Below are positions 1 through 7,287 of a stretch of DNA of 33,436 nt, one piece after another. Origin of the DNA: Nitrosotalea sp. (GTDB lineage: Archaea > Halobacteriota > Syntropharchaeia > Alkanophagales > Methanospirareceae). Each line of letters begins with the position of its first letter. The stretch's first letter is position 1. The translations under genes were made by a program, and so were the position numbers. The notes under the pieces are model-generated. The model was not told the DNA's origin, did not search any database, and was given only the letters and a program-made list of their open reading frames with translations. The DNA lies in the NCBI GenBank assembly GCA_020725315.1, contig DYFG01000006.1, positions 1 through 33,436 on the forward strand. Reading direction: 5' to 3'.

Positions 1-21
1 GTATAGCTCTTTGGAAATACT

Positions 22-160
22 AAATCCTAAGCACCAAATTAAGCCCTTACAGGGTAAACCCTTACAGGGTTTTCGGGGTCAACGGGGCAGAGCCCCGTTA
101 TGCGGGGTCGTGGGGCAGAGCCCCACATGTTTAGGATTTCGGATTTAGTGTTTGGGATTT
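22..160 (-). repeat. Modular GC-hairpin repeat element (REP/MITE-like), copy 1, inverted relative to copy 2
   Basis: The reverse complement of 1484..1622 matches 22..160 with 2 mismatches in 139 nt by manual alignment. Contains hairpin modules CGGGGCAGAGCCCCG (83..97), GTGGGGCAGAGCCCCAC (110..126) and two CCCTTACAGGG units, flanked by AT-rich AAATCC/GGATTT arms. Confidence 0.9.
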
Positions 161-891
161 TGCAGCTAATCAATTACCTTTGCCCTATTTGAGGTACAAA
201 CATCGGAAGAGGAGATAATTGCTGGATTGGTGGATTGTGCATTTTCCGAAGTAGTGCAGCGGACGTACTCTCACGAACGAAACGCTCTGCGAGGTGAAAA
301 AGAGCGACCGTGGGGTTTAAGGACCTACAGACCTTTCAGGGGGCAGGTGCAGGACGCTAAACCGTCATTCACAGAGATGCTCAGGATTACGCAAAATTCG
401 ACGAGTTTCTAAATGAGTTCGTCATCGATGGGACGGGAATACCCTGTGACTCGCTTGTGGAGCGGGAGAGGGTGATGGAACAGCGGCTTGCTAAGGTAAG
501 GAAACAGAGGAGATCACGATTCTTACGAGGATCATTACGAACACGGTGCGAGCAGTGGCAGCGCACACGAACATGAATATAAACAATACCCAACGGTCTC
601 CTTTATTTTGTGAAAATGCACCTTCATTCTATCATCAATAGCTCTGTTTTTTCTTCTCGTCCTCTCTTTTTTGGATGGTCTCGATTGCTCACTTCTGGGT
701 CAGATGCGCCGCGCTTCCCTCATACTTCAACCCCTTCTTCGATCGCCTGTTGAACGATGCCTATCTGCTTCTGATCCCCACTCGCCCCTCTTTTCTCTCG
801 AATACTGTCTTTGAATGAGGTTAAAGTACTGCTTCAACATCAAAATCCTTCCGCGCCCCTGCAAAATTCGTCAATGTTTAATGCGTTTCTT

Positions 892-1089
892 TTAGCTCTC
901 TTTCACAGCTTTTAATACCTGATTAACGATCTTGGGATGTAATATCTTGCCCGGGTGAAATGGAATAACTATTCTTTTATCATCTTTAAGGTATATCTTA
1001 TGACTCCCTTTACTTCTAATCAGTTCAAAACCGGCTTTTAACAGCATCTTCTCTGCATCTTCCGGTTTTAATATGGGTAATTTAGCCAA
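892..1089 (-). CDS. hicA: HicA-family toxin (YcfA-like mRNA interferase)
   Basis: 65-aa ORF with a typical HicA pattern: LPILKPEDAEKMLLKAGFELIRSKGSHKIY...IPFHPGKILHPKIV. Overlaps the upstream hicB stop by 8 nt. TAA stop. Confidence 0.85.
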   Translation of the reverse strand: MAKLPILKPEDAEKMLLKAGFELIRSKGSHKIYLKDDKRIVIPFHPGKILHPKIVNQVLKAVKES

Positions 1090-1318
1090 CTTTAACCTCT
1101 AAAGAAGTGGTCAGTATTTCCTTGCTTAAAAAATCTCTTATCTCATCTTCTGATAGAGTTTCTAAATAAAGTTCAATAGCTTCCCTTGCATTGCATAAGA
1201 CTTCTTCTAAAGTATCCCCTTGTGTTTGACATCCTTCAAGTTCCGGGCAATATGCATAATATCCATGTTCGTCTTTCTCGATTACAATGCTGATTTTGTA
1301 TATCATGGACGCTAACAC
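1082..1318 (-). CDS. hicB: HicB-family antitoxin (UPF0150 fold)
   Basis: Has the hallmark of short HicB antitoxins: IVIEKDEHGYYAYCPELEGCQTQGDTLEEVLCNAREAIELYLE. The real start may be the internal Met of MIYK (about 1306). Lies immediately upstream of and overlapping hicA. Confidence 0.85.
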   Translation of the reverse strand: MLASMIYKISIVIEKDEHGYYAYCPELEGCQTQGDTLEEVLCNAREAIELYLETLSEDEIRDFLSKEILTTSLEVKVG

Positions 1319-1483
1319 CCGCTTAATTTTCCCTCATTCCATTTATGGTTATGTTATTATGATTTATTTCTACCTTATAAAACCTTTACTGAAAGGAGTG
1401 ATTTAAAAGTGTCGGGGATCTTTTTACATCAAACGTTGCAACCACCTATCCTGCGGGCAAAAAAGATTTCCGCTTTTTCACAG

Positions 1484-1700
1484 AAATCCTAAACTCTAAA
1501 TCCGAAATCCTAAACATGTGGGGCTCTGCCCCACGACCCCGCATAACGGGGCTCTGCCCCGTTGACCCCGAAAACCCTGTAAGGGTTTACCCTGTAAGGG
1601 CTTAATTTGGTGCTTAGGATTTGGAATTTTTGAGGTTAAAACCGGAAAAGAAATCTTAAGTTATCATGTTAAAACCGGAAATGAATTTTGTCAGGGGTTT
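1484..1700 (+). repeat. Modular GC-hairpin repeat element, copy 2, with extended AT-rich flank
   Basis: 1484..1622 is the inverted partner of 22..160. Modules are GTGGGGCTCTGCCCCAC (1518..1534), CGGGGCTCTGCCCCG (1547..1561) and two CCCTGTAAGGG units. The flank 1601..about 1700, including GTTAAAACCGGAAA at 1635..1648 and 1668..1681, is homologous to the reverse complement of 23873..23963. Confidence 0.85.
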
Positions 1701-1730
1701 TTGGGTTTGAAACAATTGATGATATCCAGG

Positions 1731-2092
1731 TTATGTTCTCACAAAATTGCGGCCAAACCAGAAGCTATTGTCACCAACGTCAACAGTGATGATCGCTGTG
1801 GGGTCTATTGTCTCGCGCAATACCTTCATGATAAACGGAACGCGTAACGGTGCAGCCTCAGCGTCAGCCTCTTTCTCAAGCTGAGCATGCCATTTTTCCC
1901 TCTCCTTTTTCACCGCCTCAACTACCTGTGGAGTCGCTTGTTCTTTTACCCTCTCCAGAATTGTACTTTGTCGTGCTTGCGTATCGCATCCACTATACCC
2001 AGGCATGTCGTGCCTGGAAGCCCAAAAATGTATTCCACTCCTCACGCAGCGAGTTGATCCACAATAACCTCTGATACCGTTCTCTCTTGCAT
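1731..2092 (-). pseudogene. Remnant of a thiamine-pyrophosphate enzyme (acetolactate synthase / pyruvate oxidase family)
   Basis: The N-terminal piece MQERTVSEVIVDQLAA*GVEYIFGLPGTTCLGIVDAIRKHDKVQF carries an in-frame TGA. A shifted frame continues with a C-terminal-domain piece, ...APLRVPFIMKVLRETIDPTAIITVDVGDNSFWFGRNF. The central roughly 300 aa and the C-terminus expected for this family are missing. Confidence 0.7.
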
Positions 2093-2243
2093 ACTTCTTA
2101 CGTATGCCTCAGGTCTATTAAACTTTTGGCAAATGCGAAATAGCTCTCAAAGAGTAACCACCCAGAGCCGAAATGGAACTTTTTATATGCTGAGAAGCAT
2201 GGTTATGGTATCAATTAAACAAGGTAGATGAAGGATTTGAAAA

Positions 2244-3368
2244 ATGGAAATGAGAAAGGATTTCAGCGATTTGGAAAGTGAAGTGGTAGAAAAAGGGAAC
2301 TGTGCACTCTGCGGTGGCTGCGTTGCTACCTGCAGGTTGCTCGATTACGGGTATCTCAGTATGGACTTTTCTGAGTGGGGACCAGTGATAGGAGAAGGGC
2401 CGCAGTATTCGCCGGCTTGTGGATCATGCTTTTATTCTACGGGAAGACCAGTGCTAAGAGAGGGGCCGCAGTGCCCGCCGACTTGTGGGTACTGCTACTA
2501 TCAATGCCCACGGGTCGAGGAACCGGTGTTAAAGGAACGACTGGAAGAGCTTTATGAAGTTGTTAGTAAAGATGAGGAGATAAGGAGAATGTGCCACAAT
2601 GGTGGTGCGCTTCTTTCGTTACTCGTTTCTGCACTTGACGATGCGATCGTAGAGGGCTGTATAACGGTTACTGATAAGGGAGGATTAATGCCTGAGGTGC
2701 GTGTTGCGATGAATAAATCAAGTTTGATGGAGGGTGCGGGTGGCACCTATGGGTCAGCAGCAGCACTGACTGGTGTAGCAGATGCTATTTTGAACTACGG
2801 TCTCTGGAGCGTTGCTCTGGTAGGAACGCCGTGTCAGATGGCGGGATATGAGAAGATGCTCGATGTTGGGCGTGGTACACACAATGCCCATAATTTCTCG
2901 TCCAGTGTGAGATTACGAATAGCTCTGTTCTGTCCGGGAGCTTATTCGTATGATAAATTAGTGAAGGAGTATCTTGAACGCGAGCATGGTATACTTAGTG
3001 ATGAGATAACAAAGTTAGAGATTCGGGAAGATGGTCTCCACGTATATGCTGGTGATAAGGAGTTGTTACATGCGGGAATGAACGAAATAGAGGATTATAA
3101 GCGAGAGGGATGTAAGATCTGCGCAGATTTCACCGGGCTGTTTTCAGACATAAGTGTTGGACATATCGGCTCACCTGCCGGGAAGTCAACGGTTATAATT
3201 CATACTGATTCTGGGAAAGAGGTATTTGAGCGTGCTTTGGAATGGGGCTATATAGAAGCGAAACTGATAAACAAAGCTGGTGCGGATTTGATACACCGAG
3301 TGAAGCAAGAGAAGCGAGAAGCAGGGCTGGTAGAGAAGGCGCGGAGGAAGAAGGTAAGGGGGCGGTAG
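2244..3368 (+). CDS. Coenzyme F420 hydrogenase/dehydrogenase beta-subunit family protein (FrhB/FdhB-like) with N-terminal Fe-S motifs
   Basis: Contains CALCGGCVATC and CGYCYYQCP cysteine motifs, followed by an FrhB-type body (GGALLSLLV..., VALVGTPCQM, LFCPG, CKICADFTG..DISVGHIG). TAG stop, followed one codon later by TAA. Confidence 0.75.
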   Translation: MEMRKDFSDLESEVVEKGNCALCGGCVATCRLLDYGYLSMDFSEWGPVIGEGPQYSPACGSCFYSTGRPVLREGPQCPPTCGYCYYQCPRVEEPVLKERLEELYEVVSKDEEIRRMCHNGGALLSLLVSALDDAIVEGCITVTDKGGLMPEVRVAMNKSSLMEGAGGTYGSAAALTGVADAILNYGLWSVALVGTPCQMAGYEKMLDVGRGTHNAHNFSSSVRLRIALFCPGAYSYDKLVKEYLEREHGILSDEITKLEIREDGLHVYAGDKELLHAGMNEIEDYKREGCKICADFTGLFSDISVGHIGSPAGKSTVIIHTDSGKEVFERALEWGYIEAKLINKAGADLIHRVKQEKREAGLVEKARRKKVRGR

Positions 3369-3405
3369 AGGTAAACTTTCCTCGTGCTTATCCAAAACTG
3401 ATACG

Positions 3406-3721
3406 ATCCTCTCAAGGCTGACTCGACATTTCAGAGGGTTAAAAAGCCCGACAACGCCTACTGTCTTTGAAGCATTGGTTGACTCCATAATTGAACAGCA
3501 AATCGCGCTCAATGTGGCACATAGCATAGAAAGAAACGTGGTAAAAACGTTTGGTGATACGTCAATGGTAGATGGCAACCTTTATTACGCATTCCCAATA
3601 CCGCAGCAATTGGCTTCTGCAACTACAGAACAACTCCGCATCTGCGGGTTGAGTGCGCGAAAAGCGGAGTAGGGAATTGGAGTTTGGACAGCGGAACTCA
3701 CCATGCTTCGGGGAATAAGCC
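3406..3721 (+). pseudogene. Remnant of an HhH-GPD DNA glycosylase (AlkA / 3-methyladenine glycosylase II-like)
   Basis: The translation reads FRGLKSPTTPTVFEALVDSIIEQQIALNVAHSIERNVVKTFGD...YAFPIPQQLASATTEQLRICGLSARKAE, then an in-frame TAG, then GIGVWTAELTMLRG (HhH motif). The segment normally between these motifs and both termini are absent. It runs into the convergent ABCE1 3' end. Confidence 0.65.
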
Positions 3722-5593
3722 TCACAAATAATAATACCGCCCCGTCTCCTTCTGCTCACGGTCCTTTGCCGACCCGATCTTATTGATCCGTGGTCGCAGT
3801 GTGGTTTCATCACGCCTGAAGGTTATACCCAACTCCTTCAAGAACAAATTCATGCCCTCTCGCATCTCAAAGCAACCTTTTATCTCGCCTCGCACCCCGG
3901 GTTCACCGTTGAACACCATCAACCGATCACTTAACAAATCGATCAAGTAAATGTCATGGTCAACGATCAGCATTGATACCTCTCTTCGTTCCGCATACCG
4001 CCTCAAGGTCTTTATCAATCGTACCTTCTGCTCCACATCGAGATGCGCAGACGGCTCATCCAGCATATAGAGTGATGCATCCTTGCAGAGACACGCTGCT
4101 ATCGCTACGCTCTGTAATTCGCCACCACTGAGCTCTTTTATCTCCTTTTCCTCCAGCTCTGGTATCCCTAATGGATTGAGCACCTCAATAACATCAGCTT
4201 CACGTAATCCTCCGTTGAGTGAAGAGATGAAGTCCTTCACCTTCATATCCAGCTCGCCCTTGTGGGGCTCTGCCCCCCGCAAGCCCTGTAAGGGCTTTAT
4301 ATACTGCGGCTTGTAAGAAAGGGTAATATCACGTGAGTGTGGGGCTCCGCCCCTACCACCCCGCAAGCCCTGTAAGGGCTCACCCGCAAGCCCTGTAAGG
4401 GCTTTGCTCCCTGCTGTCGGCTCTGTCTCGCCTGCCAATACTTTCACAAATGTGCTTTTACCAGTAGCATTTCTCCCGACTATACCCAATACTTCCCCCA
4501 GCGCTACACTGCCTGGCTTCGCCTCTAATAAAAATCCATCTCCGCCATATCTCTTCTCAAAACCATCATACTCGATGAAAACATCTCGTTCTTCCTGTCT
4601 CTCCCTCGGTGGATGAGCGTTGAATTCTATCGGTTTATCTCTTATCCGAACGTTCTCCGCGTGCAAAAATCCACTCAAATATTCGTTTATCCCTCTATTC
4701 GTGCTCTTTGGCAGGGTAACCACACCATAGCCACCGGGCTCGCCATAGAGGAGATGCAGATAATCAGCAAGCATATCCAGGATGGCGAGGTCGTGCTCCA
4801 CCACGACCACTGCCTTCCCCGCCAAAACCTTCCTTATCCCCTTTGCCACCTGCACCCGCTGATAAATGTCCAGATACGGTGTTATCTCATCTAAGAAGTA
4901 AAAATCAGCATCCCGTATCATACACGCGATTACCGCGACTCTTTGCAGTTCGCCACCACTGAGCGCCTTTATATCCGTCTTCATCGCCTCTTCGAGCTCG
5001 AAAGCCTTTATCAGCCGTTTTGATTCACCGGTCTCATTCGTACTTTCCAGCAACTCGTACGTGGTGCCATCGAAGAATGTTGGTATTGCATCTACATATT
5101 GCGGCTTATACGCCACCCTAATCTTCCCTTTTGACAGTTTATCAAAGTAATTCTGTAACTCAGACCCCGAATATCTCTTTATTATCTCATACCAGCTCAC
5201 CTCCGCATGTACATTGCCAAGGTTCGGCACTTGCAACCCTGCTAATATCTTAATCGCCGTGCTCTTCCCGATCCCATTCTCTCCTAACAACCCAGATATC
5301 CTCCCCGCTCGTGGAATAGGCATTCCATAAAGGACAAACCCGTTTTCACCATATCGGTGCGCCTCTTCACCCTTCAGCTCCTCAGGTAAGCCTATTATAG
5401 AGATGGCGGAGAATGGGCATTTTTTTATGCAGATCCCGCATCCCTCACACAGATCCTCTGATATTATCGGCTTCCCATCGCTACCCACAACGACCGTCTC
5501 TGCTCCTGTCTGCACCATCGGACAGTATTTTATGCATTCAGATGCACATTTCCTCGGCTGGCACTTGTCCTTCTTTAAGGTCGCTATTCGCAT
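3722..5593 (-). CDS. abcE1: ABCE1 / RNase L inhibitor (ribosome recycling ATPase), carrying repeat-derived in-frame insertions
   Basis: N-terminal 4Fe-4S domain (CxxCxxCxxxCP twice). Two ABC NBDs with Walker A (GENGIGKST, GRNATGKST), LSGGELQ signatures (twice) and the C-terminal GMNLFLKELGITFRRD...RPRINK...REQKETGRYYY. 623 aa. Confidence 0.95.
   Translation of the reverse strand: MRIATLKKDKCQPRKCASECIKYCPMVQTGAETVVVGSDGKPIISEDLCEGCGICIKKCPFSAISIIGLPEELKGEEAHRYGENGFVLYGMPIPRAGRISGLLGENGIGKSTAIKILAGLQVPNLGNVHAEVSWYEIIKRYSGSELQNYFDKLSKGKIRVAYKPQYVDAIPTFFDGTTYELLESTNETGESKRLIKAFELEEAMKTDIKALSGGELQRVAVIACMIRDADFYFLDEITPYLDIYQRVQVAKGIRKVLAGKAVVVVEHDLAILDMLADYLHLLYGEPGGYGVVTLPKSTNRGINEYLSGFLHAENVRIRDKPIEFNAHPPRERQEERDVFIEYDGFEKRYGGDGFLLEAKPGSVALGEVLGIVGRNATGKSTFVKVLAGETEPTAGSKALTGLAGEPLQGLRGGRGGAPHSRDITLSYKPQYIKPLQGLRGAEPHKGELDMKVKDFISSLNGGLREADVIEVLNPLGIPELEEKEIKELSGGELQSVAIAACLCKDASLYMLDEPSAHLDVEQKVRLIKTLRRYAERREVSMLIVDHDIYLIDLLSDRLMVFNGEPGVRGEIKGCFEMREGMNLFLKELGITFRRDETTLRPRINKIGSAKDREQKETGRYYYL
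4262..4404 (+). repeat. Hairpin repeat modules embedded in the ABCE1 coding sequence
   Basis: Modules are GTGGGGCTCTGCCCC (4262..4276), AAGCCCTGTAAGGGCTT (4281..4297), GTGGGGCTCCGCCCC (4339..4353), AAGCCCTGTAAGGGCT (4365..4380) and AAGCCCTGTAAGGGCTT (4388..4404). Module types, order and linkers (CCCCGC) match the intergenic copies. Confidence 0.9.
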
Positions 5594-5594
5594 G

Positions 5595-6404
5595 TTACAC
5601 CATCATATCACGCATTCGTTGATAGATTTCAGGCTCTAACGCCGCGATAAGGGAAATTTTTTCGGTTTTCCCTACTTCGGTTCCAAACTCATCCCCCTGC
5701 AAATCCGTTATCATGCCGCCCGCTTCTTTTAAGATGAGCGAGGCGCCGGCAATGTCATAGCCGTTTATTAAGTCACGTACATCTAATACTGCATCCAATG
5801 CACCTTCCGCAACTAAGCATAGCTCCAGTGCTATACTGCCCAGTACACGAATTAACACATTCTTACTCTCCTTTTGAAAGTGCATCACGGCCTCAGGAAT
5901 TGAATCCGCCCCGTAGGTATAGATAGAGAAAACGCGTTTGTTCTTTCCTTTCACCGTACGAGGGAGCTTTTTACCATCTACATAGGCATGCCCGCCTTTA
6001 ACCGCATAATAGGTCTTCCCGTAGATGCTTGCAACGACACTCGCCTGAATGTCATCAAAAGTAACATGCTCTAAGTTCGGTGAATACGCAAGAGAGGAGC
6101 AGAAGAAGGGGAGACCAAGGATAGCATTGGTAGACCCGTCTATAGGGTCAAAGATAAGCGTGAATTCCGGATCACCCTCCTTTGGAGATACATGGTCGCC
6201 TAATTCCTCTGATATTATCTTCGCGCAGAGGTTGCGGCTCTGTAAGGCATTCTCCAGCGCTTCTTCCGCAAAAAGGTCTATTTTCCTCGTTACGTCCTTC
6301 TCCCTTCTCTTTATTATCTCGCCATGGTCTGCCGTTTCTGAAATGTAGGTTCTTATCGAATCTCGTATCTCTGACGAAATCCTTAAGAGTTCTTCTATCT
6401 CCAT
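5595..6404 (-). CDS. suhB: Inositol monophosphatase / fructose-1,6-bisphosphatase family protein
   Basis: Motifs EEALE, FDPIDGSTNA and YDIAGASLILKEAGG are typical of the archaeal IMPase/FBPase family. Lies directly upstream of ABCE1 on the same strand. Confidence 0.85.
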   Translation of the reverse strand: MEIEELLRISSEIRDSIRTYISETADHGEIIKRREKDVTRKIDLFAEEALENALQSRNLCAKIISEELGDHVSPKEGDPEFTLIFDPIDGSTNAILGLPFFCSSLAYSPNLEHVTFDDIQASVVASIYGKTYYAVKGGHAYVDGKKLPRTVKGKNKRVFSIYTYGADSIPEAVMHFQKESKNVLIRVLGSIALELCLVAEGALDAVLDVRDLINGYDIAGASLILKEAGGMITDLQGDEFGTEVGKTEKISLIAALEPEIYQRMRDMMV

Positions 6405-6540
6405 TTATTCTTCGCGTCCCCTCTCTTGATAGTTTTTTTATGCCTTAAAGCTTGTAACAACTACCTTTTTAACAACTGCGAAGAGGAAAACTGCGCTATC
6501 TTATCTCGCTTCGAAATGCATAATTGTGCTAATTATGGGC

Positions 6541-6559
6541 GGGATAAAAATATAAAAAA
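6541..6559 (-). terminator. Oligo-T tract immediately after the tRNA-Glu 3' end
   Basis: The minus strand reads TTTTTTATATTTTTATCCC directly after the discriminator base. Archaeal RNA polymerase terminates at oligo-T. Confidence 0.5.
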
Positions 6560-6634
6560 TGCTCCGGTCGGGATTTGAACCCGAGTCCTTGGCTCGAAAG
6601 GCCGAGATGATTGGCCGAGCTACACTACCGGAGC
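6560..6634 (-). tRNA. tRNA-Glu (anticodon UUC)
   Basis: The minus strand reads GCTCCGGTAGTGTAGCTCGGCCAATCATCTCGGCCTTTCGAGCCAAGGACTCGGGTTCAAATCCCGACCGGAGCA. It has a 7-bp acceptor stem, anticodon loop CTTTCGA and T-arm CTCGG/TTCAAAT/CCGAC... It closely resembles archaeal tRNA-Glu. CCA is not encoded. Confidence 0.9.
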
Positions 6635-6648
6635 ATAACCTCTCTTAT

Positions 6649-6750
6649 GTGGGGCTCTGCCCGTGCCCCCGCGTGTGGAGCTCTGCCCACGACCCCGCAA
6701 TCGCGGGCTCTGCCCGCGTTCCCGCGAGCCTGAAAGGCTCAGTAAGGGCT
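6649..6750 (+). repeat. Cluster of hairpin repeat modules between rpl12 and tRNA-Glu
   Basis: Contains a degenerate GTGGGGCTCTGCCCGTG, GTGGAGCTCTGCCCAC (6675..6690, one bulge), GCGGGCTCTGCCCGC (6703..6717) and GAGCCTGAAAGGCTC (6726..6740). Linkers GACCCCGC/GTTCCCGC are shared with the other copies. Confidence 0.85.
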
Positions 6751-6759
6751 TAGTTTTCT

Positions 6760-6780
6760 TTTTTCTAAAAAGAAAAAATG
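6760..6780 (-). terminator. T-rich palindromic tract downstream of rpl12
   Basis: The minus strand reads TTTTTTCTTTTTAGAAAAAAG just after the rpl12 TAA stop. The tract is oligo-T on both strands. Confidence 0.45.
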
Positions 6781-6791
6781 TAAAGAAAGGT

Positions 6792-7148
6792 TTAGCCGAA
6801 TAGCGCAGCAAGCCCCTGCATGCCCGTCTTCTCTGCTTCCTCTTCTTCCTCTCCTTCCTCTCCTTCCTCCCCCTTCTTCTCTTTCTTCTCTTTCTTTTCC
6901 GCCTCTTTTGCTTCTGGTACTGGTACCTCTGTTGGCATCATGGGTGGTGCCATTGCCGCAGGAGCATAGGCCGGCTGTGCTTGCGCAATCGCTTCATCTA
7001 TGTTTACACCGCTAAGAGCGGATATCAGTGCTTTCACACGACCTTTATCTACCTTTATGCCTGCAGCCCCCATTATAGCTGTTATTCCCTCCTCGGTAAC
7101 TTCCTTACCTGAGTTATGCAAGAGCAATGTGGCATATATGTATTCCAT
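6792..7148 (-). CDS. rpl12: 50S ribosomal stalk protein P1 (L12P)
   Basis: Starts MEYIYATLLLHNSGKEVTEEGI..., has an Ala/Pro hinge and an acidic/lysine tail, and ends in the canonical GLAALFG. Confidence 0.95.
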   Translation of the reverse strand: MEYIYATLLLHNSGKEVTEEGITAIMGAAGIKVDKGRVKALISALSGVNIDEAIAQAQPAYAPAAMAPPMMPTEVPVPEAKEAEKKEKKEKKGEEGEEGEEEEEAEKTGMQGLAALFG

Positions 7149-7287
7149 CTCTACGTTTACCTCCTTATTTTCATCTACCTTTGCTTATTATATTGCTATT
7201 CTTATTGATATTCTATTACCTTATATTTAAAAAGGGAATTTGTTGGTCCTTGCTATCTTTCTTTTTTTAAAAAAGAAATTTTTCTAA

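Noticed and set aside
227-593. ORFs 227..412 (+) and 387..593 (-) inside the hicAB-bracketed segment
   Set aside because: The plus-strand sequence looks like one frameshifted fragment (…RPFRGQVQDAKPSF / HRDAQDYAKFDEFLNEFVIDG…) with no start and no recognisable family. It is not reportable as a gene and is mentioned only as debris.
1518-1601. Hairpin repeat clusters as a CRISPR array
   Set aside because: The units abut each other with short conserved linkers rather than unique spacers of regular length. Only two to four units occur per locus. The same modules occur inside a CDS, and no cas genes are in the window.
4258-4404. ABCE1 extra segments as an intein or mini-intein. Inteins were also considered for nrdJ and glmS.
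   Set aside because: The segments are far too short, lack intein splice-junction residues, and are made of the dispersed repeat. nrdJ (703 aa) and glmS (587 aa) have normal lengths with contiguous motifs.
6559-6811. ORFs 6559..6753 (+) and 6620..6811 (-)
   Set aside because: They overlap tRNA-Glu and the hairpin repeat cluster. The open frames are a by-product of the GC-rich repeats.
6830-6905. Purine/pyrimidine-biased low-complexity run (CTTCCTC repeats)
   Set aside because: It encodes the normal Glu/Lys-rich hinge and tail of ribosomal protein P1.
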